Shown in pieces: positions 19,311-30,791 of a stretch of DNA of 64,000 nt; position 1 is the first letter of the stretch; the number at the start of each line of letters is the position of its first letter. The position numbers and the translations under genes were made by a program. The notes under the pieces are model-generated. The model was not told where the DNA came from and made no database searches. It was given only the letters and a program-made list of their open reading frames with translations. Location of the stretch: positions 3,964 to 67,963 of the forward strand of contig CAYTGV010000011.1 of assembly GCA_964437495.1 (NCBI GenBank). Direction: 5' to 3'. Origin of the DNA: an uncultured Planctomycetia bacterium (lineage in GTDB: Bacteria > Omnitrophota > Gorgyraeia > B26-G9).

Positions 19311-19666
19311 TATTTAAAAAATATTAACTTTAGGCTTATTAAAAGCAAAAAAATCCCAAACATCCTCTTAAGCATAAGCGGCGAGATACGCCCAACAAGT
19401 AGTGAGCCGAGATATCCCCCAAAGAAAAAACCTACAGCTATAAGAGCAGCCGGCAGGATTTTTACATGCCCCTGATTATAATAATTCCAGGCAGCCAGCA
19501 ATCCAATAGGCGGAATCATCGCTGCCAAAGTAGTTCCCTGTGCCTGATGCTGTGTGAACCCAGCGAGAAAAACCAGGCAGGGTATCATTATTACCGCCCC
19601 GCCTATTCCGAAAAAACCGCCGCATATTCCAGACGCAAGACCGATCAGCACAAAACCTGCGTTCAT
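19310..19666 (-). CDS. Half-size TSUP (TauE/SafE, DUF81) family 4-TM membrane protein
   Basis: A 118-aa protein with a GGFFGIGGAVIMIP motif. Canonical TSUPs are 8-TM proteins of about 250 aa. Confidence 0.6.
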   Translation of the reverse strand: MNAGFVLIGLASGICGGFFGIGGAVIMIPCLVFLAGFTQHQAQGTTLAAMIPPIGLLAAWNYYNQGHVKILPAALIAVGFFFGGYLGSLLVGRISPLMLKRMFGIFLLLISLKLIFFK

Positions 19667-19669
19667 AGC

Positions 19670-20494
19670 TTATTCCTCCCAAACTACTTCATTAATATCA
19701 AAAACCGGACCGTCTTTACAGATACGTTTATAAACTATTTCTTTAGCATCTCCAATAGAAGAACTTCTTGTTTTCACAACACATCCAAGACACGCGCCTA
19801 ATCCGCAGCCCATCATCCCATCCAAGGAAACTTGGCCTTTTAGATCATACTTTGAAGCCACATCACGCAAGGCCTTTAACATCGGCTTTGGCCCGCAGGC
19901 AAAAATATAGGGTTTAGGTTTTAGTGATTGGGACTTGGATAGATATTGTTTAAGCATATCAGATACATAACCTTTAAACCCCAGGGATCCATCATCAGTA
20001 GATATCTTTATACCACAACCGAGGTTTTTCAGTTCATCGATACAAACAAGTTCTGTTTTTTTATCAGTACCGACAAAAACAGTAATCCTTCTTTTTTTAT
20101 TTAAAAGATACTTAGCTAAGAACACAAAAGGCGCAATGCCCATGCCACCTGCAACAAAAATAAGCGGATCTATCGAATTTTTAAAATATTTGAGCTCAAA
20201 GCCATTGCCTAAAGGCCCCAAGACATCCACTGTTTCTCCCACTGCCATCTCTTTAAGTAAAGAAGTTCCCTTGCCGACAACCTTATATACAATACCCACA
20301 TTAGTTTTATTTACTATCCGGTTTACGCTCAGAGGCCTGCGTAGCAGCGGATCTGTAATACCAAGAAGACTCAAATGAAGAAACTGTCCAGGTACAATCA
20401 ATCTTGTCAATTTTGGGATTTTTAGCTCCAGATAATACACAGACGGAGTAAGTTTTTGATTTTTAACTATCTTTGCTTTTAGATCATATATCAT
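19670..20494 (-). CDS. pyrK: Dihydroorotate dehydrogenase electron-transfer subunit
   Basis: An FAD/NAD-binding ferredoxin-reductase fold (RPLSV, GGMGIAP) with a C-terminal Cys cluster (CGLGACLGC). Confidence 0.85.
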   Translation of the reverse strand: MIYDLKAKIVKNQKLTPSVYYLELKIPKLTRLIVPGQFLHLSLLGITDPLLRRPLSVNRIVNKTNVGIVYKVVGKGTSLLKEMAVGETVDVLGPLGNGFELKYFKNSIDPLIFVAGGMGIAPFVFLAKYLLNKKRRITVFVGTDKKTELVCIDELKNLGCGIKISTDDGSLGFKGYVSDMLKQYLSKSQSLKPKPYIFACGPKPMLKALRDVASKYDLKGQVSLDGMMGCGLGACLGCVVKTRSSSIGDAKEIVYKRICKDGPVFDINEVVWEE

Positions 20495-20585
20495 TAAATG
20501 CTCCGCATTGAGTATCGGGTATTGGGCAATAATTAAGCGTTATTTGATATATTTGCATTTATTAACAGTTCTTTTTACTTTTTAC

Positions 20586-21416
20586 TTATTGTTGGCATTT
20601 AGGGCAGAAATAAGTGCCCCTGCCTCCTAGTTTAATTCTCTGAATACTTTTTTTGCAAACTAGACATGGCTCGCCTTTTCGTCCGTAAACATAAAAATTA
20701 TCAGAGAATGTTCCCTTATTACCATGTCCGTCTCGGTAATTATTAAAAGAAGAACCACGGCATTTTATTGCTTTTCTAAGCAGCGCTTTAATATTTTTAA
20801 ATAATAATTTTACTTGCCCGGCACTCAAATCGCAGGCGCTTCTTGCCGGATCTATTTTGGAAATAAATAATACCTCTGCCGCATAAATATTGCCGATACC
20901 CGCAATAAACCTCTGATCAAGTAAAAGAGGCTTAATCTTTGCCGAGCGCCCGCAAATATCCTTGATAAAATTATTCAGCTTAAAATCTTTACTTAAAGGC
21001 TCAGGACCCATATTTTTAACCACATTCAAGTCCTGGATATTCCGAACCACCCTAAGTTCCCCCAAGGTTCTTTGATCATTGTAACATAAATAAAATCCGT
21101 TTGATAATTTAAAACTTACCCGGCTTTTCGAATCATTCCCTCCATATACCAGCTGTCCAGTCATACGCAAGTGTACACTTAAATAATAAACATCTCTTTG
21201 AGCTGTAAGGATCTCAATAGCAAGCAGCTTGCCTCTTCTGATTATCTTCCTGATTTTGGAGCCTTTTAAAAGTGATCTGAACTTTTTCAAACAAGGCTCT
21301 TTTACAACACTCGTTCTATGAATAGTGACATCAATTATCTTTTTATTTAAAATCACTTTTTCTAAATCACTTTTTATCGTCTCTACTTCCGGTAATTCAG
21401 GCAAATCATTCTCCAA
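20586..21416 (-). CDS. mutM: Formamidopyrimidine-DNA glycosylase (Fpg/Nei family)
   Basis: An N-terminal PELPEVE (catalytic Pro2/Glu3) and a C-terminal zinc finger (CxxC...CxxC). Confidence 0.85.
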   Translation of the reverse strand: MENDLPELPEVETIKSDLEKVILNKKIIDVTIHRTSVVKEPCLKKFRSLLKGSKIRKIIRRGKLLAIEILTAQRDVYYLSVHLRMTGQLVYGGNDSKSRVSFKLSNGFYLCYNDQRTLGELRVVRNIQDLNVVKNMGPEPLSKDFKLNNFIKDICGRSAKIKPLLLDQRFIAGIGNIYAAEVLFISKIDPARSACDLSAGQVKLLFKNIKALLRKAIKCRGSSFNNYRDGHGNKGTFSDNFYVYGRKGEPCLVCKKSIQRIKLGGRGTYFCPKCQQ

Positions 21417-21466
21417 GTTAAAAATAAAAATAGTTTTCGCAATCCTAAGACAAAACTAAGTTATGT

Positions 21467-21868
21467 TCAACCTTTAATTATTTTAACATATACTTTTCTT
21501 GCACGCGGACCGTCGAATTCGCAAAAATAAATTCCCTGCCAGGTGCCGAACACCAAATTGCCAGCCTCAATAATTATACTTTGGGAAAACCCCATAATAG
21601 ACGCCTTGATATGGGCAGCGGAATTTCCCTCAGCATGCGCATATGCATCGACATGGGGAACGATCTTATCCAGCTCTTTTAAAATATCCCCTCTAACGTT
21701 TGGGTCGGCATTTTCATTAATAATTATGCCTGCTGTAGTATGCGGCACAAATACCGTGCAGATACCGCTAATAATTCCACTTTTAGAAATTATAGCCCTT
21801 ATGACCTTTGTTATATCTATAAACTCTGCCAACTTAGATGTCTTTACTGAAAATGTTTCCATACTCAA
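21467..21868 (-). CDS. YjbQ/UPF0047 family (secondary thiamine-phosphate synthase-like)
   Basis: GICTVFVPHTTAGIIINENADPNVRGD is characteristic of YjbQ. Confidence 0.8.
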   Translation of the reverse strand: MSMETFSVKTSKLAEFIDITKVIRAIISKSGIISGICTVFVPHTTAGIIINENADPNVRGDILKELDKIVPHVDAYAHAEGNSAAHIKASIMGFSQSIIIEAGNLVFGTWQGIYFCEFDGPRARKVYVKIIKG

Positions 21869-22335
21869 ACCTTTAATCCTAAAATTTTAACTATCTTCTT
21901 CTGCACATCTTTAACAGATTTTGCTTTTACTATCCCAGGGATATCCCATGTATTTAAGCCGACAATTGGTTTTTTTTCGCTTAAGGCAAAACCGATCTCG
22001 GACAGCGTTCCTTCTTTTCCGGCAAAGGCGATCACCAGATCAGATGCCCCGGCAACAAGAGTGTTGCGCGTATACCCCAGGCCGGTTGCAATAGGAATAT
22101 CAATATACGGATTCGCATCCTGCTTACTCTTCCCCGGAAGTATACCTACAGTTAAGCCTCCCGCGTCTTTTGCCCCGCTTGCGGCAGCCTCCATGACCCC
22201 ACCCAATCCTCCGCAAACCAGCACAGCATTAAGCTCGGCTATCATTTTACCTGCATCATATGCGAGCTTTGCGGTCTTTTTATCAGCCTTGTGGCCTCCG
22301 ATAACTGATATTAATATCTTTTTTCTACTTCCCAT
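21865..22335 (-). CDS. TIGR00725/LOG-family Rossmann-fold protein
   Basis: KILISVIGG...VLVCGGLGGVMEAAASGA...GILPG. Confidence 0.7.
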   Translation of the reverse strand: MGSRKKILISVIGGHKADKKTAKLAYDAGKMIAELNAVLVCGGLGGVMEAAASGAKDAGGLTVGILPGKSKQDANPYIDIPIATGLGYTRNTLVAGASDLVIAFAGKEGTLSEIGFALSEKKPIVGLNTWDIPGIVKAKSVKDVQKKIVKILGLKV

Positions 22336-22341
22336 TCAGCT

Positions 22342-22836
22342 TTACCTTGCCTTTGATATTATATCTTTTATACACGATTTGACTTTGCCCTCATCTGCAG
22401 CATCATTTTGCTGAATAAGAAATTGTTTGACCTCTTGGGCGCCTTTGAGCACAGAACTCTGCGCCATTTCTTTCATACAATGCTCCTTGCCAACTCCGCT
22501 GCCGTAAGTTGCAAAAACAATAATCTCTTTGGACTTAAAATCACCGCATTTATTAATAAATGTTCTTAACGCAGGCGCCATTCCTAATGCCCAGACAGGA
22601 GTTCCTAAAGCAATCAAGTCATAACCTTTGATATCCAAGGTTATATCTTCCTTGATCTGCGCCTGTTTTTTCTTCAAAGATCTCAGACATTGTCTAACAA
22701 AAGAAGCAGACTCATCCAAAGCAACAAGTTCAATCAAATCGACCTGATAATTGGCTGCAAGTTCCTGCTGTAAAACTGCAGCTACTTTTCTTGTATTGCC
22801 GGAATATGAATAGAAAAATACTGCTGCCCTTTTCAT
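22342..22836 (-). CDS. Flavodoxin-like protein
   Basis: The N-terminus AAVFFYSYSGNTRKVA is a flavodoxin FMN-binding loop. Confidence 0.7.
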   Translation of the reverse strand: MKRAAVFFYSYSGNTRKVAAVLQQELAANYQVDLIELVALDESASFVRQCLRSLKKKQAQIKEDITLDIKGYDLIALGTPVWALGMAPALRTFINKCGDFKSKEIIVFATYGSGVGKEHCMKEMAQSSVLKGAQEVKQFLIQQNDAADEGKVKSCIKDIISKAR

Positions 22837-22876
22837 AGCTTATATCCCCTAATTATTTTTTTCTTCTTTGTGTTTT

Positions 22877-24169
22877 TTAAAAAAAACTTAATTGCTTTTC
22901 ATTATCCGCTAATTCTGCTGGTTTTTTATTTTTAGCCTTTTTGGACTTCTCAGGATCAACTCTTGCCTTTTTTGGTTTACCAAAAATACTTACTGTCCCA
23001 TACTGTCCATCAAAGCCTGGATTAATCACACATTCATTGCGACGAACTTTTAAAATACCTTCTGCTATTTTCTCAGGCAGGGCACTAAAAAGCTCTTTTC
23101 CTTTTTTATGCATTAAAATATCAAATTCTGTTCCTAACTTTGATAAGGCATCATCATAGGCTTTAGCAACTCTTTTTGAGGTTTTCCCAACATCTAAAGC
23201 ATCTGATATGATTTCATCAAGCGGTATAAGATTCTTAAACGGAATAGCCCCCTTAGGGATAAAACCCTCTTTTCTATCTGCAAGAGCATCGACCCGGTTC
23301 ATAACACCTACAGTCACCGGTCGCATACATTCCGGACACAGGCCATTGTTTTTCTTCGTCTCGGCAGGTGAAAATCTTACTTTACACTTGCGATGTCCGT
23401 CAAAATGGTATTTGCCTTCTTCCGGAAAAAATTCAATTGTGTACAAAAACTTTTTATTATCTTTTTTCTTTAATACATCCATTATCTCGAAATATGACAA
23501 TTCACAATCAAAGACATTAGCTTCCCTGCCTATTTTTTGCGGAGAATGACAATCTGAATTAGAGATTAAGGTATATTTATCCAATGCGCTAAGCCGCCAA
23601 TTCATTGCCGGATCAGAGGATAATCCTGTTTCTAAGGCATAGATATTCTTTGCCTGTTCTTCAAAGCAATCTTCTAATAGATCAAACCCTGATTTTGAGC
23701 CAAATAAGCTAAACCAGGGAGTCCAGATATGTGCCGGAACTAACATACAGTTGGGATCAATATCAAAAACAATTCTTGCAAGCTTTGCCGCATCAAGACC
23801 AAGGATTGGTCTGCCATCCGAGTGAAGATTGCCGATCTTAGACAGAGCCTTATTTATTTTATCAACTGTTTTAAAGCTTGGTGCAAAAATGAGGTTGTGG
23901 ATTCTATAACATCTGTTGTTTTTAGAATAAATACTGCTAACCTCAGCAGTAAGCATAAAATGCACATCATTGTATTTAAATAATCCGTTACCTGCAGATT
24001 CAAGCATGGATTTCAGATGCTCAAGCCAGAGAGGATGCGTAAAATCTCCTGTACCGAGCAGATCAATTCCTTTTATCTTTGCCCATTTACTTAAATTAGG
24101 CAAATCCATATGCGGAGAAGTCCCCCTGCTGTACTTGGAATGAATATGGAGATCTGCAATAAATTTCAT
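22877..24169 (-). CDS. PHP-domain nuclease with a zinc ribbon, EndoQ-like
   Basis: The N-terminus MKFIADLHIHSKYSRG is a PHP metal-binding HxH. An internal HRKCKVRF...CPEC forms a Zn finger. The 430-aa length and architecture match endonuclease Q. Confidence 0.55.
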   Translation of the reverse strand: MKFIADLHIHSKYSRGTSPHMDLPNLSKWAKIKGIDLLGTGDFTHPLWLEHLKSMLESAGNGLFKYNDVHFMLTAEVSSIYSKNNRCYRIHNLIFAPSFKTVDKINKALSKIGNLHSDGRPILGLDAAKLARIVFDIDPNCMLVPAHIWTPWFSLFGSKSGFDLLEDCFEEQAKNIYALETGLSSDPAMNWRLSALDKYTLISNSDCHSPQKIGREANVFDCELSYFEIMDVLKKKDNKKFLYTIEFFPEEGKYHFDGHRKCKVRFSPAETKKNNGLCPECMRPVTVGVMNRVDALADRKEGFIPKGAIPFKNLIPLDEIISDALDVGKTSKRVAKAYDDALSKLGTEFDILMHKKGKELFSALPEKIAEGILKVRRNECVINPGFDGQYGTVSIFGKPKKARVDPEKSKKAKNKKPAELADNEKQLSFF

Positions 24170-24211
24170 AAAAACCTATTCTAAGTCTTCTCTTTTAAGA
24201 CCTGCGTTCAA

Positions 24212-25487
24212 TTAAGCAGCAAAGACTTTTTTACCACCCACTATTGTAAGAACTACGCGGCCTTTTAAGGTCTTCCCGATAAAGGGGGAATTTTTTGATT
24301 TTGAAAGAATATTGTGCAAGGATACTTTCCACTCTTGGTTTGGATCAAATATAGTAATATCCGCCTCGCCACCGACTGAGATATACCCTTTATCAATATT
24401 TATTATTTTACAAGGATTATAAGACATCTTTTCCATCAATTGGTTCAAAGAAAGTATTCCCTTTTCAACAAGATTGGTTATGCCAAGAGCCAGTGCGGTC
24501 TCAAATCCAATAATACCAAAAGGAGCGCAATCAAACTCTACATCCTTTTCTGCTTGGGCATGAGGAGCATGGTCTGTAGCGATACAATCTATAGTCCCGT
24601 CTTTTAAACCATCATGGATAGCTTTAAGATCATCAATATCACGCAAAGGCGGATTTACTTTTGCATTTGTATCATAATCAACAAGTGACTCAACCGTAAG
24701 GCTGAAATGATGCGGCGTACATTCACAGGTTACATTTACTTTACTTTTCTTTGCATCTCTGATCAAATTCACTGATTCCCGGCAACTGACATGCGCAATA
24801 TGCAAATGCGCTCCTGTATAACGCGCAAGCTCAATATCCCGGCCGATCATACTTATCTCTGCAACACGCGTAATCCCCTTAAGGCCTAACTTTGTTGACA
24901 TATAGCATTCATGCATTACACCGCCGGCTGAAAGCTCTGTATCCTCACTATGCGCTATTACCGGAAGATCAAGCATACCTGCATACTCTAAAGCCCGGCG
25001 CATTATTTCTGAATTGCTTACCGGGTTTCCATCATCTGAAATAGCCACAACTCCCACATCCTTGAGGTCACTTATTTCAGATAATTCCACGCCTTTAGAG
25101 CCTTTGGTTATCGCTCCAATAACAAGCACATTTATCAATCCTGCTTTTTTGCTCTGAGCGAGTATAAACTCTACAACTCCCTGATTATCTATAACCGGCT
25201 TTGTATTTGGCATACAGCATACAGTTGTGAAACCTCCGGCTGCAGCTGCACGACTGCCGCTTAAAACAGTTTCCTTATATTCAAATCCCGGCTCACGTAA
25301 ATGAGCATGCACATCAACAAATCCAGGCGTTGCTACTAATCCCTTAGCATCAAAGACATCCGCGTCATTATCTTTTATATTATTATCTATTTTCGCGATT
25401 TTGTTACCTTCGATAAGAATATCGAGTATATCATCTGTCTTTGATTTCGGATCGATAACCCTTGCATTTTTTATAAGCAATTTCATA

Positions 25488-25507
<20 letters not shown>
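24212..25507 (-). CDS. pyrC: Dihydroorotase
   Basis: [10 protein letters not shown] and DHAPH are metal-binding motifs. The protein is 431 aa. Confidence 0.9.
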
Positions 25508-26992
<1,485 letters not shown>

Positions 26993-27090
26993 TTATAAAC
27001 TCCTTATCAATTAATAAAAAAAACCTACCCTTTTGATGGATTTCTCACACAAAATAAGCAGGTTTTGAATTTCATTTTATTCTCCTTACT

Positions 27091-27104
27091 AGCCTCTCAG
27101 GACT
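27091..27104 (-). promoter_or_regulatory. PyrR-binding RNA motif in the pyrR leader
   Basis: The minus strand reads AGUCCUGAGAGGCU, matching the PyrR-binding loop consensus ARUCCNGNGAGGYU. It lies about 100 nt upstream of the pyrR start. Confidence 0.65.
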
Positions 27105-27237
27105 AATTTAAAGGTTTATTTCATAAAAATATATCACATAAGATATCCTTTGTCAAGTAGAATCAATGAATATCTATAGTTTCAATCTATTTCTCACGCA
27201 ATCATTAATAACAACTTTTCCTCATATTGATGGAGAT

Positions 27238-29298
27238 TTATCTGTTTTTTTCATTGCCTGATAAAACCAGCACCCTCATTACCTCTCTCAGCATCTCTTT
27301 TTCTTTATCCTTCATTCCTTTACGTTTATAAAATCCAGCCAGATTATAGTAGGCTTCCAGGTACTCGCCATTAAGTTCTATGGCTTTTAAATAACACTTA
27401 TTGGCATCATCAAATCTCTCGAGTTTTTCATAAACTACGCCAAGATGATTAAAGGCCGGAGAAAAGGAATCATCAATAGTCACTGCCTTTTGCAATATTT
27501 CAAGAGCCTCGACAAATTGTTTTTTTGCTATATAAGCTGCTCCCATATTTGTCATTGTCGCCACGTCTTCAGGGTCAATCTCCAGGGCTTTGCTATAATA
27601 TTGCATTGCTGCGTCAATTTTATTCCCTCTAGCAAGAGCAATCCCAATATTTGAATATGCCGCCGAATCATCCGGATCTATCTCGATCGTTTCCTGGAAT
27701 TTAGCAATTGCTTTATCATATTGCCTGCCCTCTAAATATAAAACCCCCTGATTATATACTGCATCCAGGTTGGCAGGATCCAGCTTCTGAGCGCTAATGA
27801 ATGATTTCAATGCCTTTTGCGTCTGCCCCTTATAGCTGAAGGCATTGCCCAGATTAAACAGCCAGCGTGATTTATTATCCTCATCGACATCAAATAATCT
27901 TGAGTTAACAAAAACAAACATCATAAATAAAAATATCAAAGACAAAGAAAATATCTTATAATTTTTGCGTTTTATTTTCCCAAACAACCAGACTATAGCA
28001 TATGAGGCAAATATGATAAAAATCGGGACAACCGCTATGCGATAGCGGCTGACTACAAAAAAAATGATCATGAGTAAAAACTGCGATAAAATAAACAGAT
28101 TAAGCAATATTACCGATTTATCTTTTTTAAAAGACACGGCTATCCCAAGCAGCGCCAAAGGACAGATGATCCCAAAGGGGAACGAAATAAATCCTCTGGA
28201 AAAAACAAGCATCTGAAGTAAAGGCGACCATATCTTAAAGAAATAAATACTCTGATTCTCTGGGATCTCATAAGCATTAAAAAAGTAATAGCATTTCCGC
28301 ACAAGCAGCTTAACCCATGTGAGGGGATTACTTACCACAAACTGAACAGCTCTAGAGGTCCAAAAATCAGAGACCTCAGACGGCTTCATTTTTCTGCCCT
28401 GAATCCTCTCAGCCACCTTGATCGAAGATACCCATACATTATCTTTCCATCCGCGATAGGAATAATCCCTTGATGGAGGTATCGCTGTCTTACCGTCAGC
28501 ATGTGCATTATTTCCTATATAAAGATTTATTCCCCCGGTTGAAGAAAGCAGCACAAAGTCCCCGCCTTGCATAACATTGCGCAAGGCAAAAGGGGTAAGA
28601 ATCAGCACTACGCCGATTGTAGTAATAACCAGGGTTAAGAATCTTCCATATTTAAAGATCTTAGATCCAATAGAGTGTTTTTTGTTGTAAATATATATCC
28701 AGATAAGCATTAAAGGAAAGAATAAAATAGCATTGGCACTTATCTGCAGAGCTAAACTAAAAATCACACCGCAGCCAAGCCATTTAGACATCTTAGGCTT
28801 ATCTATGGTATAAAGCAGTGCTAAAAGCAGTCCGATATTAAAAAATAAACTCAGACCTACATTCAGCAACTGTGCGTCAAAATAAATAAATACACCGTAT
28901 ACACTGCATATACACGCAGAAATTATCCCGACATTTCGGCTAAAAACCTTTTTCCCCAGACAATAGACTAAAATACAGTTAAAGGCACCAAGAAACATTT
29001 GAACAACTCTGGCAGCTGTAAATCCGCTGCCCAAAAATTTAAAAATAATTGCCAAAAAATATACATATAAAGGCACACGCGGGGTTACAACCCCCTTGAT
29101 CATCCAGTCTCCAGCTGCTATACGCTTAGCAAACAAATAGTGCGAAAGCGCGTCTATTACCGGGCTATCATAAAAAGGATTCTGCTTAAACTGATACAAA
29201 TATATAAGTCTAAGGAAAAAAGCCAGTAAAAAAATAGCCCCAATCCAGAGAATATCCTTAAATCTTTCATTGTTCTTAGTCTTATCTATTAAGTTCAT
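27238..29298 (-). CDS. GT39/ArnT-like membrane glycosyltransferase fused to C-terminal TPR repeats
   Basis: About 11 TM helices in the N-terminal 450 aa are followed by 5-6 TPR repeats (AxxYxxxGxAY pattern). Confidence 0.7.
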   Translation of the reverse strand: MNLIDKTKNNERFKDILWIGAIFLLAFFLRLIYLYQFKQNPFYDSPVIDALSHYLFAKRIAAGDWMIKGVVTPRVPLYVYFLAIIFKFLGSGFTAARVVQMFLGAFNCILVYCLGKKVFSRNVGIISACICSVYGVFIYFDAQLLNVGLSLFFNIGLLLALLYTIDKPKMSKWLGCGVIFSLALQISANAILFFPLMLIWIYIYNKKHSIGSKIFKYGRFLTLVITTIGVVLILTPFALRNVMQGGDFVLLSSTGGINLYIGNNAHADGKTAIPPSRDYSYRGWKDNVWVSSIKVAERIQGRKMKPSEVSDFWTSRAVQFVVSNPLTWVKLLVRKCYYFFNAYEIPENQSIYFFKIWSPLLQMLVFSRGFISFPFGIICPLALLGIAVSFKKDKSVILLNLFILSQFLLMIIFFVVSRYRIAVVPIFIIFASYAIVWLFGKIKRKNYKIFSLSLIFLFMMFVFVNSRLFDVDEDNKSRWLFNLGNAFSYKGQTQKALKSFISAQKLDPANLDAVYNQGVLYLEGRQYDKAIAKFQETIEIDPDDSAAYSNIGIALARGNKIDAAMQYYSKALEIDPEDVATMTNMGAAYIAKKQFVEALEILQKAVTIDDSFSPAFNHLGVVYEKLERFDDANKCYLKAIELNGEYLEAYYNLAGFYKRKGMKDKEKEMLREVMRVLVLSGNEKNR

Positions 29299-30791
29299 AT
29301 TTTCAATTCCGGCTTAATAAATTTATTTAAAATTACCCTGATAATAAATAGCGGCTTCTTAAATATAAATCTATTATAAATCTTGAAGAATTTAAATGGA
29401 TTTCTTAAAATTAATTTCAAATTGTATTTCCAATACCATTTCCTGCGTAAATCCTCAAGAAATCTCTGGTCGAAGTTTTCTGTCTTAAAACTGGACTTAA
29501 AATAATCGAGAAAAGTGGGATTGCCACTCAAATACCCCTTTTCAACACACTGTCTATAGAGCTCTGTTCCGGGAAGAGGATTAGCCAGAAAAAGTGATAC
29601 GCGGTCCAGACGGATCTTTTCCATAAACCTGAGTGTATTATAAATACTTTGTTTTGTTTCCTGGGGAAAGCCTATAATAAAAAAACCGTAAGTATTAATG
29701 CCCAGGCTTGAAATCATCCTTGCCGTCTGCATGGTTTTATTAAGATCTATCGGCTTTTTAATAATATCCCTAAGCGTATTTTGATCTCCGCTTTCAATGG
29801 CCAGAGTGATTTCATAACAACCGCTTTCTTTCATTAATTCCACCAACTCCTGGTCTAATGTCTGAGCGGCAATGCCGTTTGGCGTATTCCAGGTGAAGTC
29901 AAATTTTCTATTAATCATGCCTTGAAATATTTTTTTTGTCCTTTCCCTGTCCAAGGTAAGATTATCATCAAAAAACTTAAGTTCTCTAATACCCAATGCT
30001 TTAAGCTTCTCCATTTCATCAAGTACATTTTCCACAGTTCTCATTCGATACTTTCTGCCCCAGTAAACTGATGAACTGCAAAAAGTACATTCATAGGGAC
30101 AGCCTCGAGAGGTTATTAGGCTCATTGAAGGGCTTTGTCTACTGATCAATCCCATCGGCAGATCTATTTTGAAATACTTTTCAAGCTTAAACATTTCACG
30201 CGCTGGAATAGGGATATCATCTATATCGGCAATAAAGCTCTTTTTAGGATTAACCTTTATCTGGCCATTACTTTTAAAAGCAAGCCCTTCAATATTTTCA
30301 AAGGAACTCCCTTGTTTTAAACTATCCAACAAGATCTTTAATGTCCTCTCCCCTTCGCTTAAAACAATAAAATCAAGCCCTTTACAGCTATCCATACACT
30401 CCTGCGCCAGAAAGCTTGGATGAGTACCGCCAATAACAGTTATAATATCTTCAGAAACTACTTTTATGCTTTTGCAAATTTCAGCCACGATCTCAAACTG
30501 ACTGGAATACAGGCACGAAATACCAACAACATCTGGAGAAAATTCTCTTATTCTGTTTATTATCTGGGGAACACTGAGTCCGTAACACCTAAAGCCGTCA
30601 TGTATAGTACGCTCAAACTCATAACCTTCAAGCGCTGCATCCAGCAATTTAATATCATAATCATTGCGCAAATATGCCCCCAGATAACCTATCCCCAGCG
30701 GAGGCATTATCTGTTTCGGGCTCTCCAGAGAAAAGGCAACTGGAGGGAATATAAGCATTACTTTTTTAATTTTTCTATGTGCCTGTATCAT
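29295..30791 (-). CDS. B12-binding domain radical SAM protein (class B)
   Basis: A CxxxCxxC motif (SRGCPYECTFCSS) preceded by a cobalamin-binding Rossmann region. It overlaps its paralog by 4 nt. Confidence 0.8.
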   Translation of the reverse strand: MIQAHRKIKKVMLIFPPVAFSLESPKQIMPPLGIGYLGAYLRNDYDIKLLDAALEGYEFERTIHDGFRCYGLSVPQIINRIREFSPDVVGISCLYSSQFEIVAEICKSIKVVSEDIITVIGGTHPSFLAQECMDSCKGLDFIVLSEGERTLKILLDSLKQGSSFENIEGLAFKSNGQIKVNPKKSFIADIDDIPIPAREMFKLEKYFKIDLPMGLISRQSPSMSLITSRGCPYECTFCSSSVYWGRKYRMRTVENVLDEMEKLKALGIRELKFFDDNLTLDRERTKKIFQGMINRKFDFTWNTPNGIAAQTLDQELVELMKESGCYEITLAIESGDQNTLRDIIKKPIDLNKTMQTARMISSLGINTYGFFIIGFPQETKQSIYNTLRFMEKIRLDRVSLFLANPLPGTELYRQCVEKGYLSGNPTFLDYFKSSFKTENFDQRFLEDLRRKWYWKYNLKLILRNPFKFFKIYNRFIFKKPLFIIRVILNKFIKPELKI

